Of a DNA stretch of 64,000 bases, positions 36,643 through 48,209 are shown in pieces. The DNA is taken from positions 64,001 through 128,000 of the IMG/VR virus record IMGVR_UViG_3300023184_000035. One strand, 5' to 3'. The notes under the pieces were generated by a model. It worked only from the letters and a program-made list of their open reading frames with translations. It searched no databases and had not been told where the DNA came from. Every line of letters begins with the position of its first letter. Position 1 is the first letter of the stretch. The DNA is from a virus. The translations under genes were made by a program, and so were the position numbers.

Positions 36643-39021
36643 ATGGCACAAGAAATCATCAACGTAGGGGTAGTAGCAAACGACGGGCAAGGCGACCCGA
36701 TACGATCTGCATTTACCAAGACCAACAACAATTTTAGTCAATTGTTTGCGGCTGGTGGTGTTAGTGGTATTTCAAACGGCACTAGTAATATCACAATTTT
36801 AGACAGTGGTGCCATCTTGATGAGCCCGCAAGGCACTGCTAACGTGATTACTGTAACCACAACAGGTGCCACTGTGACAGGCACACTGGTTGGTAGTCCC
36901 AATATTTCAGCCACAGGTAACGTACTTGCAGGGCAATTTTTCATTGGAAATGGTAGCCAATTATCAGGGGTAGTATCAACCGCAGCGGCTGCGCTGATCA
37001 CTGGCAGCACACTGAGTTCCAACGTGTTGACCAGCAGTTTGACCACTGTGGGCACCTTGGGCACACTCAGTGTCACGGGCAACATACGCGGAGGAAACAT
37101 CCTTACCCCTAATGATGTGGTTGCCACGGGCAATGTGGCAGGATCTAATTTCAACGCAGGATTGAACATAAATGCATCAGGTAACGTAACAGGTGGTAAT
37201 GTTATTGCCGCCAGCGCACTCAGTGTAGGCGGAGTTATCAGCGGTGCTGGCAATGTTGACATTGGCACACAGTATTTTATTGGTAACGGCAGCCAACTTT
37301 CGGGCATTGCTGTGAGTTCAAATGCAGCATTGTTGACCTATAGTACCTTGAGCAGTAATGTCACAATCAGCAGTTTGCAACAGCTGGGCAATCTCAGTTA
37401 TCTTGTTGTGAGCAATGCACTGGGCAATGGTACCATGGTGGTCAATGGTGGTATCACCACTGGAACTGCCATATCAGCCACTGGTAATATCACTGGTGGC
37501 AACATCAACACTGGTGGTGTGGTCAGTGCCACAGGCAATATCACAACTGGCACAGGCAACATTGGCGGCGGTAATTTGTCAGTTGGTGGCAACGTTATTG
37601 CTGTCAACATTGAAATTGGCACAGAAATAAGATCCCTGGGATATATCACCGCCGTGGGCAACGTGATTGGCAGTAACCTGGTCACTGCAGGATTTGTTAC
37701 CACAACTGGCAACGTGGTTGGGGGCAATTTAACCACTGCAGGTATTGCCAATGTTAACTCGTTACGAGTTCCCACAACTGCCAGTGTCACTGGCAACATC
37801 ACTGGCGGAAATGTATTAACAGGTGGGATAGTCAGCAGTACTGCCAATATCATTGGCGGAAATATCTTGACTGGTGGCATAATATCAGCCACAGGCAATG
37901 TCACAGCACCCAACTTTATTGGCAATGTGGTTGGTAATATTTCAGGTACTTTGTCAGCCCCAGGCGCCAATACACAAGTGGTGTTCAATGACACTGGCGT
38001 AGCCAATGCCACGGCAGGCATGGTGTTCAATAAAACATCAAATGCGTTTGCAATATCAGGCAACATCACTGGTGGTAATTTGATCACAGCTGGTGATGCC
38101 ACAGTGGGCGGTAATGTAGTTGCTGGAGGCACCAATACCTATCTTAACACAACCAACATTTACGCTGTAGATCCTATTGTGAGTTTTGGGCGCAATGCCA
38201 ACAATCAACCCTTGCTCAGCAGTGACAGCAAAGATCGCGGAACACAACTTTACTACTTTGCTACATCAGAAAAGAGTTCATTTATTGGGTATCAGGCCAG
38301 CACAGGCAATTTGATAGCCGCAGTACAGGCCACTGTCACTGGTGAAGTGGTCACAGTCAACAGTTATGGCAATCTTGTAGTGGGGACATTGTTGGGATCG
38401 GTGGTCAGTGCCACAGCCAATGTGATTGGTGGCAACATCAGCACAGGTGGTGTAGTATCAGCAGGCGGCAACATCACTGGTGCTAACTTGCTGGCAGCTG
38501 GATTAAGTTTGAGCAGCAACGTTATCAGTGCGCTCAATGTCACTGCCAATATTGCTGGCGGCAATATTCTAACACCAGGGTTGATTTCAGTTGCTGGCAA
38601 TGTCACTGGTGGTAACATATTAACTGGTGGATTGATCAGTGCCACAGGCAACATTACAGGTGGCAACTTGACTGTCAGTGGCAACACAGCCACAGTCACC
38701 ACCGCCAGTTATCAAATTGGCTACAGAGATTTGCCACAGAACACCAGTTTTGGTACCTTGGCGGCAACTGATGGTGGCAAACATTATTATGGGTCAGGCA
38801 CAATCACCATTCCTGGCAATGGCACGGTGCCATTTAATATAGGAACTGCTGTGCTGGTGATCGCTAGTGCATCAACCACAATCTCTCCAGCAGTTGGTGT
38901 GACATTGGTTCAAGCTGGTACTGGTTCAACAGGCTCAAGAACTTTGGCTGCTGATGGCATGGCCACCTTGGTAAAAGTTTCCACAAACACCTGGTACATC
39001 AACGGTACAGGGATAAGTTAA
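36643..39021 (+). CDS. Baseplate-attached fibre protein (T4 gp9/gp10-like N-terminus)
   Basis: INVG..ANDGQGDPIRSAF.K.NNNF; many GNITGGN repeats. Confidence 0.75.
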   Translation: MAQEIINVGVVANDGQGDPIRSAFTKTNNNFSQLFAAGGVSGISNGTSNITILDSGAILMSPQGTANVITVTTTGATVTGTLVGSPNISATGNVLAGQFFIGNGSQLSGVVSTAAAALITGSTLSSNVLTSSLTTVGTLGTLSVTGNIRGGNILTPNDVVATGNVAGSNFNAGLNINASGNVTGGNVIAASALSVGGVISGAGNVDIGTQYFIGNGSQLSGIAVSSNAALLTYSTLSSNVTISSLQQLGNLSYLVVSNALGNGTMVVNGGITTGTAISATGNITGGNINTGGVVSATGNITTGTGNIGGGNLSVGGNVIAVNIEIGTEIRSLGYITAVGNVIGSNLVTAGFVTTTGNVVGGNLTTAGIANVNSLRVPTTASVTGNITGGNVLTGGIVSSTANIIGGNILTGGIISATGNVTAPNFIGNVVGNISGTLSAPGANTQVVFNDTGVANATAGMVFNKTSNAFAISGNITGGNLITAGDATVGGNVVAGGTNTYLNTTNIYAVDPIVSFGRNANNQPLLSSDSKDRGTQLYYFATSEKSSFIGYQASTGNLIAAVQATVTGEVVTVNSYGNLVVGTLLGSVVSATANVIGGNISTGGVVSAGGNITGANLLAAGLSLSSNVISALNVTANIAGGNILTPGLISVAGNVTGGNILTGGLISATGNITGGNLTVSGNTATVTTASYQIGYRDLPQNTSFGTLAATDGGKHYYGSGTITIPGNGTVPFNIGTAVLVIASASTTISPAVGVTLVQAGTGSTGSRTLAADGMATLVKVSTNTWYINGTGIS

Positions 39022-39560
39022 TGAGTGGCATAATGACTGCCGTGGCAGGCAGCAGCAGTGATGCCATACTATATACAGCTGGCTTGTACGGGCCGTTTGG
39101 TGCCGATCCATTGCCCATCACTGGCAGTAGCACCAGTGCAGGTGGCAGCACAGTAACCATCAACCGTACCTGGATAGGCTATTTGCGTCCAGCGTCAACT
39201 GGCACCAATACCTTGACCATACAGTCCTTGTGGGATCAATACGTAATATATCTTGGCGGCACGTATGCATTTAATTGGGGAGGCAGTCCCAGCAGTATTT
39301 CCTATATTTGGGTTGGTGCCCTTGCCGAATCAGGTTATACTGTATTCAATGCCAATGCTGCATCAAGCAACAACACTGTTACCTATAGTCCCAGTCTCAC
39401 TGCCGGCAGAAATTATCCTGTGAGGTATCAATGGGCCGCCACGTTGCCATATAGTGCCTTTGCATACGCTGGTGCGTATCCAGGATACACCACAGGCAGT
39501 TGCAGTTTCAGTGCAAGCAACGGAACAGCCTACTACAATGCCTTGACCAATGGCTTCTAA
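39021..39560 (+). CDS. Putative fibre-tip / PA14-like protein
   Basis: WIGYLRP..TG, SYIWVG, LTAGRNYPVR. Confidence 0.55.
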   Translation: MSGIMTAVAGSSSDAILYTAGLYGPFGADPLPITGSSTSAGGSTVTINRTWIGYLRPASTGTNTLTIQSLWDQYVIYLGGTYAFNWGGSPSSISYIWVGALAESGYTVFNANAASSNNTVTYSPSLTAGRNYPVRYQWAATLPYSAFAYAGAYPGYTTGSCSFSASNGTAYYNALTNGF

Positions 39561-39595
39561 CACTACAATAAATATGTCAAAGGCACAATAAACAC

Positions 39596-42500
39596 ATGGC
39601 ACAACCTGTATGGATCACACCAGCTGGCAACTTGGGAATTATTCCTGAGGGCATATTCTATCAACAGACCTTGTCAGCCTACGACCCTGATCCTGCACCA
39701 GGCACAGAGTTGTATTATCAAGTGATTGCAGGTGTATTGCCTGGTGGTGTGCAGTGCAGTTTGTCAGGCTTGATTGCTGGTGTTCCGCAGGCACTGGCCA
39801 GTGTGGAAGGCGTACCATATCCGGTTAATCGCAACGTCACCAGCAAATTTACAGTTCGTGCCTATACGTTTGATGAAGCCACTGGCCGAGTACTACGCAT
39901 TGCTGACCGAACATTCAACCTTACTGTGTCGGGTAACAACACTCCTGAGTTTATTGCGCCAGCTGGCAGCTTTGCCACAAACAATTCAGCCACATTTGTG
40001 GCAGCAATTTCAGGATATGAACTCACTGTAACGTCAGTTTCAGCAGGTGCGCTGTACTTGGGCATGGTCATACGAGGCGCCGGTGTCGCACAGGGCACAA
40101 CAATCACAGCGTTTGGAACAGGTACCAGCGGAGCAGGAACATATACTGTGGACATCAGCCAGACCAATGCTGGTACGGACATGACTGGTTGGATTGGCGT
40201 ATACTATGATGGCGACCATGTAGATTTACAATTTGAATACACCAATGTAGATCCAAATGAAACTGTGACTATTCGTGTTGTAGGAGGACAAATTCCTCCA
40301 GGCTTGACCTTGAGCTCAACAGGATTGCTTAGTGGTTACATTGAGCCAGCTATTAATGTTACTGAACAATCAGGTTATGATTTGACCCCTGCAAGCACTC
40401 TGCCATTTGACTTTGTAGTTTCTGCCATCAGCAAGAATTATCAATTTACACTGGAAGCCAGTGATGGAAAAAGCAGTACATTAAGAACATTCACAATATA
40501 CGTGTATAATCGCAGTGATAATACTGCGGATACCACAACTATCACAGCCGACAACACCTTTGTCACAGCCGATCAAGGCACAGATCGTAACCCATTCTTG
40601 GTCAATGCCTTTCCATCAAATCTTGGCAGCATACGTGCTGACAACTATTTTGCGTATCAATTCCGGGGCAACGATTACGACACAGTGGATCTCACGTATT
40701 CAATCTCAGTAAATGAAGGTATTGGACTACCACCTGGGCTAGTGCTGGATGCCACATCAGGTTGGTACTATGGGTATGTACCCAATCAGGGCTTGACTGA
40801 AATTACCTACAGTTTTAATATACAAGTCAGTCAAACTGACGATCCTACTATTGCCAGTCAGTTATATCCGTTTACTATAACTGTGACAGGTGTGAGTGAT
40901 GATGAGGTCACTTGGCTCACTCCCGCAGATCTTGGCAGCATTGAAAACGGTTCCACAAGTTTGCTCAATATTGAAGCCATTAACAATGGTGGCCGTGAAC
41001 TAAGTTACAGACTGGAAAGTGGTGGATACAACCAATTACCACAAGGGTTGACCTTGTTAGAGACTGGTGAGATTGCTGGCCGATGTACTTTTAACACCTT
41101 TAGCGTTGACTTGGGATTTACAACATTTGACAAGAGTCAGAGTGTGGCGTCGGGCATTCAAGAAACCACGTTTGACAGCACTTTTGTGTTTACGGTAAAT
41201 GCATTTGCCAAAGATCCCAGTCAGTTTTTGTACACAGTGGGCGGTGTAAACATCATCAGTGGTGGTACAGGTTACAGCAGTGTAACACCACCCACAGTTG
41301 AATTCAGCCTGCCTGTTGGTAGTACAGCCGTGCAAGCAGTGGCCGGCACAGTAGAAGTCACTGGTGGAGCCATTACAAATATTCCTCTTGTGACAGGTGG
41401 TGCAAGCTACACTGAACCTGCTACAATAACCATTACTCAAGGATTTGGTGGCACAGGAGCCATACTTGAATCAGAAATGTTTCGCACCGGCAACCGTGAT
41501 GTTATCTCGGTGTTTAAAACATTCACCCTACGAGTTGTAAGAGCCTACAACTATCCCTATCAAAACTTGTTCTGTGTGGCCATGCCGCCTCCTAATGATC
41601 GTGTGATATTAAACGAGCTGTTAGACGATCCAGTAATTTTTGATCCCACATATATCTACAGACCTGATGATCCTAACTTTGGGGTAGCCACACAAGTAGA
41701 ATACGCACATGTTTATGGACTTGCACCAGATACCACAGACACCTACGTGGCCAGTTTGTATCTCAATCACTATTGGAAAAATCTTGTACTGGGATCAATA
41801 AAGACCGCACAGGCCTTGGATGCGGATGGCAACATCATATACGAAGTTGTATACAGTAGTATTATTGACAATTTGGTAAATGCCGCTGGGGCTAGTGTGT
41901 CCAAGATTGTGAATTTGCCATACACCATTATTGACCCACTAGATGGAAGTACACAGATCACTCAGGTATACCCCAACAGTCTTGTGAACATGAGAGATCA
42001 AGTTATTGATGTTGTGGGGCAAATTTCAAGTAAATTACCACTGTGGATGACCTCAAAACAAACCAATGGTAGTGTGTTGGGATTCACACCTGCTTGGGTT
42101 ATTTGTTACGCCAATCCTGGTAGAGGCAAGCAAATTGCCTACTATATACAAGAATATTTTGGTCAGCAGTTAAACTTGATTGATTTCAAGGTTGACCGAT
42201 ATGTCATGGATCGTACACTGAGCAAAAACTGGAACCCAGCGACACAAAGTTGGACTCCCAAGGGCAGCCTCACTACATTTGACTTTTACAACACCACGGG
42301 TTATGTGAATCTTGGCACTGTGGAGTGTGCTACAAACTTGGCCTACGATGATATTAACTATAGAACTATAGATGAAATAAATGCCTTGGGTGGTATTGAT
42401 GGCCTAACTTGGATTGCAGTAAGTGGTCAAGCGCCGCCATCGGGCACCAAGGTTGTGATACGAAATGGTAGTAAGTTGATATTTGTCAATCAAGAAAACT

Positions 42501-43213
42501 ACGGCAACTACAATAGTGTAGATGATGCCTGGCAGCAATATACCACAACATATGACGCAGTGGGATTTAGTCCTGAAGTAGCAGGTGAAAATTTTGACGA
42601 GAGCTACACAATTTCTGGCGGGCAAACAGTACAGTGTACTGTTACCACAGCTGCCACTGATCGAATCACCTGTACCAGCACCACCGGCATGGTAGCAGGA
42701 GATACCATATGGTTTACTAGCACTACATTTGGTGATGTCACTGCCTTCAACAACAACAACCAAATCTACTACATCTACGACGTGCCCAACAGCACTCAGT
42801 TTAGAATTGCAGAAACAGTGGATGCAACATCACCATTGGCTCTCAGTAATGACTCTGGTGACATGACTGCCAACTGGGGCGATTATAGAATGGGCATTTG
42901 GGAAGTCAGCATTGGCGGTGTGGACAACAACATTGTCACACTGTCACTGTTGCAACAAACTGCACCCAATGATTATCTAAGAGTCACTCAAGGTGAAACT
43001 TACAACACTGCCCAGTTGTATAGACCCACCACACCAGGACCTGCACTGACCTTGATCAATTGGCAACCATTGATCACTGCTGTGACAGTAATTGGCAATG
43101 AAACCACATTCGACCAGGCCAGCATGCAGTTTATTGCGCCTGTTGATATGTACGATACCAGCGATGCGCTGGATAAATATCTCGTATTCCCCAAGAGCGA
43201 TATTTTGGTGTAA
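39596..43213 (+). CDS. Large virion structural protein with putative Ig-like domains
   Basis: WITPAGNLG, repeated LPPGL.L...G.I.G units. Confidence 0.75.
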   Translation: MAQPVWITPAGNLGIIPEGIFYQQTLSAYDPDPAPGTELYYQVIAGVLPGGVQCSLSGLIAGVPQALASVEGVPYPVNRNVTSKFTVRAYTFDEATGRVLRIADRTFNLTVSGNNTPEFIAPAGSFATNNSATFVAAISGYELTVTSVSAGALYLGMVIRGAGVAQGTTITAFGTGTSGAGTYTVDISQTNAGTDMTGWIGVYYDGDHVDLQFEYTNVDPNETVTIRVVGGQIPPGLTLSSTGLLSGYIEPAINVTEQSGYDLTPASTLPFDFVVSAISKNYQFTLEASDGKSSTLRTFTIYVYNRSDNTADTTTITADNTFVTADQGTDRNPFLVNAFPSNLGSIRADNYFAYQFRGNDYDTVDLTYSISVNEGIGLPPGLVLDATSGWYYGYVPNQGLTEITYSFNIQVSQTDDPTIASQLYPFTITVTGVSDDEVTWLTPADLGSIENGSTSLLNIEAINNGGRELSYRLESGGYNQLPQGLTLLETGEIAGRCTFNTFSVDLGFTTFDKSQSVASGIQETTFDSTFVFTVNAFAKDPSQFLYTVGGVNIISGGTGYSSVTPPTVEFSLPVGSTAVQAVAGTVEVTGGAITNIPLVTGGASYTEPATITITQGFGGTGAILESEMFRTGNRDVISVFKTFTLRVVRAYNYPYQNLFCVAMPPPNDRVILNELLDDPVIFDPTYIYRPDDPNFGVATQVEYAHVYGLAPDTTDTYVASLYLNHYWKNLVLGSIKTAQALDADGNIIYEVVYSSIIDNLVNAAGASVSKIVNLPYTIIDPLDGSTQITQVYPNSLVNMRDQVIDVVGQISSKLPLWMTSKQTNGSVLGFTPAWVICYANPGRGKQIAYYIQEYFGQQLNLIDFKVDRYVMDRTLSKNWNPATQSWTPKGSLTTFDFYNTTGYVNLGTVECATNLAYDDINYRTIDEINALGGIDGLTWIAVSGQAPPSGTKVVIRNGSKLIFVNQENYGNYNSVDDAWQQYTTTYDAVGFSPEVAGENFDESYTISGGQTVQCTVTTAATDRITCTSTTGMVAGDTIWFTSTTFGDVTAFNNNNQIYYIYDVPNSTQFRIAETVDATSPLALSNDSGDMTANWGDYRMGIWEVSIGGVDNNIVTLSLLQQTAPNDYLRVTQGETYNTAQLYRPTTPGPALTLINWQPLITAVTVIGNETTFDQASMQFIAPVDMYDTSDALDKYLVFPKSDILV

Positions 43214-43225
43214 CAAGGACAACAC

Positions 43226-44725
43226 ATGACCAGCAGTATTAACCCAAACACAATTGACGGCACTTATCCAATTGCCGGACAAGACAACAATTCACAAGGT
43301 TTCCGTGACAACTTCACACAGACCAAAGTTAATTTTACCTATGCGGCCCAAGAAATTGACGACTTGCAAGCCAAAGCAGTGCTCAAAGCAGCTCTGACTG
43401 GTACCGTGCTGGACAACAACATGGCGGACAATTTGATCTATGCTGCCAAGATACAGGATTTTTCAGCTGTCAAAGTTGCTGTTACCCCCACAGGTGGTGT
43501 GCTGACAATGAATTATGCATCAGCACACTATCAAAGTTACAGTACTGCCAGTGCCGGTAGCATCACCCTGGCGTTCTCTAATTTCCCACCTGCAGGTGCA
43601 TATGGGTACATGAAATTGCAAATCACCGTGACCGACATAACTTACACATTGACTTTGCCTTCTTCAGTCAGTTTGGGTATTTCGGGAATTCAAGGTATTA
43701 GCCCAGGCACAGCCGGCGTCACAAATACCATTACATTTGGTGCCACAGGAGTTTATGAATTTGGATTTGGCAGTTATGATGGCGGCAGCACCATTACTAT
43801 ATTTGACTTGAACCGTGCGTTGACAAACTTCACCGGGGCCAATATCGCCACAGTCAACGTTACTGCTTCAGGTTATGTCAGTGCCACAGGCAACGTGCAA
43901 GGTGGTAACATTCGATCAGTAGGCTTGGTCAGCATAACCGGCAACATCAGTGGTGGCAATGTCAACACAGTGATTGTTAGTGCCACAGGCAACGTGCAAG
44001 CCGGTAACCTTCGTACCGGTGGATTGATCAGTGCAACTGGCAACGTCACTGGCGGTAACATCGTTGGATTCTCAAGACCCAGTACAGGTACTGCAACTGT
44101 TCCTGCAATTTTGTTGACATCTGGCACCAATCTGACCACTGCCGCAGCCGGCGCCATGGAATATGATGGTACTGTGATGTATGGTACTCCCAGTGCCAGC
44201 AATCGTGGTGTACTCAACACAGCACATGTTATTGTGTTAGCTTCTAACAATACCATAACTGACAATGCTAGTGCTCAAGCAGTATTCAACGTTGGTACTG
44301 GTGGATTAGGCACCATTACATTACCAGCCAGTACCTCCTACATCATGGAAGCAGTGTATTACCTCACTCGAAGTGTGGGCACAAACAGCCACACATTGAG
44401 CACACTGTTTGCTATTGGGGGTTCATTGACCAGTATTGCTTATGTGGCTGAGACCACCAGTACCACTGGCAACGTTCTGGGTGCAGTCAGTAGAATATAT
44501 GGTACAGCAGCCACAGCTCTTGCTGTGACCGCAGCTAGTAGTTCAGCTACAGAGAACATCACTGTTGTGATTCGCGGCATTGTACGCACCAATGCAGCCG
44601 GAACGTTTACTCCGCAGATCAAATATGATGTTGCACCCGGTGGTGCTCCTATAGTATTGGCCAACAGTTATTTCAAATTGATCCCAATTGGCAATAACTC
44701 CGTGACTTTTGTGGGCAACTGGTAA
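43226..44725 (+). CDS. Virion fibre/baseplate protein
   Basis: YPIAGQDNNSQGFRDNF; GNV.GGN repeats. Confidence 0.7.
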   Translation: MTSSINPNTIDGTYPIAGQDNNSQGFRDNFTQTKVNFTYAAQEIDDLQAKAVLKAALTGTVLDNNMADNLIYAAKIQDFSAVKVAVTPTGGVLTMNYASAHYQSYSTASAGSITLAFSNFPPAGAYGYMKLQITVTDITYTLTLPSSVSLGISGIQGISPGTAGVTNTITFGATGVYEFGFGSYDGGSTITIFDLNRALTNFTGANIATVNVTASGYVSATGNVQGGNIRSVGLVSITGNISGGNVNTVIVSATGNVQAGNLRTGGLISATGNVTGGNIVGFSRPSTGTATVPAILLTSGTNLTTAAAGAMEYDGTVMYGTPSASNRGVLNTAHVIVLASNNTITDNASAQAVFNVGTGGLGTITLPASTSYIMEAVYYLTRSVGTNSHTLSTLFAIGGSLTSIAYVAETTSTTGNVLGAVSRIYGTAATALAVTAASSSATENITVVIRGIVRTNAAGTFTPQIKYDVAPGGAPIVLANSYFKLIPIGNNSVTFVGNW

Positions 44726-44770
44726 TCCAAACTCGTTGACTTTGTTCAGCGGATCGCGCTATAATATACT

Positions 44771-45007
44771 ATGGAACATCCGCTGATAGGCTCACTTGAA
44801 GAACAAACGCTAGAAGAACTTGGCGCCAAAATCAATGAACTAGGCAAAAAATTGGGCATTGCTGCCCGCACAGGAAATGGACATTTGTGTAATCAAATAC
44901 GCATGGCCATGGAAAACTATCAAAACATGTATCAAACCCGGTTGCAAGAGAGTTATAAAAAGGCTCAAGGCGACTCAAACTTCGACGACAAGATAAACAT
45001 CCAATGA
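44771..45007 (+). CDS. Hypothetical protein
   Basis: TTGACT-18-TATAAT then ATG after 5 nt (leaderless). Confidence 0.7.
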   Translation: MEHPLIGSLEEQTLEELGAKINELGKKLGIAARTGNGHLCNQIRMAMENYQNMYQTRLQESYKKAQGDSNFDDKINIQ

Positions 45008-45606
45008 ACGTTAGATTACAATATGACATGGATTTCCTTGCAGGAATCTACTACGACGAGCGACTGCAATTAAACAGTTACTCCATCAGCATGAGTTTGT
45101 TGACCAAGACCACAGATGCACTCAACACCAATATTGCCATGGACCGACTCAAAATGTTTATGCATGGCGAATTGGCCAATACTGTGTTCGTCAATCAAGC
45201 ACTGCAAGAACGTGCAGAAATGTTGCAAATCATGGGTGTGAATGTGACAACCCTGCCCGAAGAACCAGTAGACCAAATCGTGGGCATGATGTTATACTAC
45301 AAGCTCAATGCCATCATGGAAGGACGCATGAGTGTGACCCGACTGGATCTCATGAGTGCATTGGGCGACAGTGTTTGGTACCAGCATGATGCTGAGGAAG
45401 ACTCACCGGGCCCATTCAGAGCCGAAGGTTGGTGGCATGAACCCAGTGTGCAGCATGACACTGTGGTTCAGGGAGATGCAGGAGACAATGTGGTCAAAGT
45501 TGTGCCCAACGCTTGGATTGAATACGGACTGACCTGGCCCGAAAACACACCTGAACCCACTGCCAACACTGTGGTGTTTGCCAATTTCACAAAAAATGAA
45601 GACTAA
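45004..45606 (+). CDS. Hypothetical protein
   Basis: Coupled; LPEEPVDQ...KLNAIMEG. Confidence 0.7.
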   Translation: MNVRLQYDMDFLAGIYYDERLQLNSYSISMSLLTKTTDALNTNIAMDRLKMFMHGELANTVFVNQALQERAEMLQIMGVNVTTLPEEPVDQIVGMMLYYKLNAIMEGRMSVTRLDLMSALGDSVWYQHDAEEDSPGPFRAEGWWHEPSVQHDTVVQGDAGDNVVKVVPNAWIEYGLTWPENTPEPTANTVVFANFTKNED

Positions 45607-46108
45607 TCAATACGGCGAAATTATATATGACGAGAGTGATCTTGTGAACATGGTCATGAGCGGTGCCACCATAGAGTGCTTGCAAGGCATGCTGGTTGAG
45701 CCAGGTGTGAATTTAGAAACAGCGTCGGCATACCTAGAACAAGTTCCTGAACTGGTTGAGTATGCATTCACAGACATGACTGTGGAAGAGTTTGATCAAA
45801 TGAAACAAAACTCCTGGCACATGCCTGACGAGTATAAAAATTTAGACATTGCTGAATACATTTTGAGTCTGTGTGATTCAGACGCTCGACTGCAACGATG
45901 CGGTGAAGAACTGTTGCTGTTCCAAGAACGCAACTTGTTTGATCTGTTGCGTTATCTCAAATATCTTGTGGACACATTAAAATCCAACCGCATGATTTGG
46001 GGTGTAGGACGTGGCAGTTCAGTGGCCAGTTACGTGTTGTATCTCTTGGGTGTGCATAGAATTGATTCAATGTTCTATGATTTAGATGCTCGTGAGTTCC
46101 TGCGTTAA
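45596..46108 (+). CDS. dnaE: DNA polymerase III alpha fragment (split DnaE)
   Basis: WGVGRGSSVASYVLYLLGVHRIDS..YDL...EFLR. Confidence 0.8.
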   Translation: MKTNQYGEIIYDESDLVNMVMSGATIECLQGMLVEPGVNLETASAYLEQVPELVEYAFTDMTVEEFDQMKQNSWHMPDEYKNLDIAEYILSLCDSDARLQRCGEELLLFQERNLFDLLRYLKYLVDTLKSNRMIWGVGRGSSVASYVLYLLGVHRIDSMFYDLDAREFLR

Positions 46109-46130
46109 ATAAAATTTTAGGAGTAAGACA

Positions 46131-46358
46131 ATGACCAAAGACGTTTATAAAAGTGCTAGAGGCAAAGCAGTTGACATGGGCGCACTGCGTTTGAAAAACG
46201 AAAAAGAACGTGCAGTGGGCAACATGAAGGTCAACGCTCGCGGCGATGCTGTAGATGACAAAAATGTTCCAGTACACAGCCGACCACAACAGGTGCACAA
46301 ACAATATCAACAACAGGTTCAGGCAAAAACCGCCAGCCACAAATGGGATCTAGATTAA
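46131..46358 (+). CDS. Hypothetical protein
   Basis: AGGAG; AVGNMKVNARGD. Confidence 0.7.
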   Translation: MTKDVYKSARGKAVDMGALRLKNEKERAVGNMKVNARGDAVDDKNVPVHSRPQQVHKQYQQQVQAKTASHKWDLD

Positions 46359-46741
46359 TGAAGGCAGCATATTCAGCACACCAAATCACACGTGAAAAAT
46401 TTCACGCACTCAATGATTCAGTCATAGTAGAAGACATGGAATTTGATGTCAGGATCACACAAACTGGTCTTATCTTGCCCAGTGACAACGGCAAGAGTTC
46501 AGGCATTCGTCCACGTTGGGGTCGGGTGTATGCTGTTGGTCCCGAGCAAACAGATGTGCGTGTGGGCGAGTGGGTGTGTGTGGCACATGGACGTTGGACC
46601 CGCGGTATTGACATTGAAGATGGTGATGTCAAACGCACCATCCGCAAAATTGATCCCAAAGACATCTTGATCTCAGCAGATGAACGTCCCAATGACCTCA
46701 CATTTTCAGACGCTATTCATGTGGAAAAGAAAGAATGGTGA
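46358..46741 (+). CDS. groES: GroES-like co-chaperonin
   Basis: ALNDSVIV..TQTGLILP..G.V.AVGP...V.VGE.V. Confidence 0.8.
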   Translation: MKAAYSAHQITREKFHALNDSVIVEDMEFDVRITQTGLILPSDNGKSSGIRPRWGRVYAVGPEQTDVRVGEWVCVAHGRWTRGIDIEDGDVKRTIRKIDPKDILISADERPNDLTFSDAIHVEKKEW

Positions 46742-46968
46742 TCCGGACCTGGAACGCAGATACCATTATTGGTCAACTTCAACAATGTTATTTTGCTGTT
46801 AATGATCCCCACCTAGACGGTTTTACCGGATGGCATTGCAAAAAAGACTTGCTTCGTGTAAAATTAGCACTGGACGACATGTTAGAAAAGTCCCCAACCT
46901 TTGCTGGTGAGCAAGAATGGTTACTAGAGCAAGAACAAGACAAGATGTGGAAGGTATTAAAATCATGA
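46735..46968 (+). CDS. Hypothetical protein
   Basis: DGFTGWHCKKDL...PTFAGEQEW. Confidence 0.65.
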   Translation: MVIRTWNADTIIGQLQQCYFAVNDPHLDGFTGWHCKKDLLRVKLALDDMLEKSPTFAGEQEWLLEQEQDKMWKVLKS

Positions 46969-47135
46969 TAGAAATTCAACCCAAAGACCCAAGTCGTAGA
47001 CATTTCTACGCAAGTATGATCAAGAGCATTGTGAGATTGGGTGCGTGTGCAGCACTGTACACCGGCGACTATGCCACAGCAGCCATCATGCTGTTCACTG
47101 CTGAAATGATTGGTATTGCTGAGGAACTGGTGTGA
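46965..47135 (+). CDS. Small membrane protein
   Basis: HFYASMIKS.VRL...AEMIGIAEELV. Confidence 0.65.
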   Translation: MIEIQPKDPSRRHFYASMIKSIVRLGACAALYTGDYATAAIMLFTAEMIGIAEELV

Positions 47136-47332
47136 ACATCCGTTGTGAAAAGTGTGATGCTGAGTTTGAATGCGGCGCCCACACTGGACACTGCTGGTGC
47201 TTTGGCTTGGATCACATTACTCCTGACAATCGAGGCACAAACTGTTTGTGCCAATCCTGTTTGCAACAACTAATAGACAAAAAAAATGAAAGAACTCTGG
47301 ACCGAAAAGTACCGCCCGACTACACTATCTGA
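47132..47332 (+). CDS. Cys-rich CWC family protein
   Basis: CEKC..FEC....CWC...CLCQSCL. Confidence 0.75.
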   Translation: MNIRCEKCDAEFECGAHTGHCWCFGLDHITPDNRGTNCLCQSCLQQLIDKKNERTLDRKVPPDYTI

Positions 47333-48209
47333 TTATGTGTTTCGAGATCAAGCACAGCGAGAGCAAGTAGAAAGTTGGGTCCGGTCGGGTGCTATTCCGC
47401 ACTTGCTTTTTAGCGGATCACCTGGCGTGGGCAAGACCACCTTGGCCAAGATCTTGATCAACGAACTGGGCATTGACCCATTTGATGTGATGGAAATCAA
47501 TGCGTCAAGAGAAAACAACATTGATACCATTCGAGCCAAGATCACAGGCTTTGTTCAAACCATGCCATTCGGCGATTTCAAGATTGTGCTATTAGATGAA
47601 GCTGACTATATTACCCCAAATGGACAAGCGGCTCTACGTGGAGTCATGGAAACTTATGCGTCAACTGCTAGGTTTGTTCTTACTTGTAACTACCCCAATC
47701 GTGTTATCCCTGCTTTGCACAGCCGTTGCCAAGGCTTTCATATCGAGCGTGTGGATGTAACAGAATTCACTGCCAGAATGGCCACCATACTGGTGACAGA
47801 GAGTGTGGATTTTGACTTAGACACACTAGACAGTTATGTCAAGGCCACTTATCCAGATCTGCGAAAATGTATCAACCTGTGCCAAATGAACACCGTGGAA
47901 GGTCGACTCAGTGCGCCACACGGAGACGAAGGTGGTGCAACATCTGACTATTTGTTGGCGGCTGTGGACTTGTTCAAACGTGGCAAACTGCGTGAAGCAC
48001 GTACCTTGCTGTGTCAAAATGTGCGCAGTGAGGACATGGAAGCCTTGTTCCGTTGGATGTACGACAACTTGGACTTGTGGGGCACCACTCCAGAACATCA
48101 AGACCAAGCCATTGTGATCATACGCAACGGGGCTGCCAACAACAGTCTTGTGGCAGATCACGAAATTAACCTGAGTGCCACCATAGTTGAACTCTGTCAA
48201 ATCTCTTGA
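47286..48209 (+). CDS. Clamp loader ATPase (RFC small subunit / gp44-like)
   Basis: LWTEKYRP, GSPGVGKTT, LLDEAD, SRC. Confidence 0.93.
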   Translation: MKELWTEKYRPTTLSDYVFRDQAQREQVESWVRSGAIPHLLFSGSPGVGKTTLAKILINELGIDPFDVMEINASRENNIDTIRAKITGFVQTMPFGDFKIVLLDEADYITPNGQAALRGVMETYASTARFVLTCNYPNRVIPALHSRCQGFHIERVDVTEFTARMATILVTESVDFDLDTLDSYVKATYPDLRKCINLCQMNTVEGRLSAPHGDEGGATSDYLLAAVDLFKRGKLREARTLLCQNVRSEDMEALFRWMYDNLDLWGTTPEHQDQAIVIIRNGAANNSLVADHEINLSATIVELCQIS

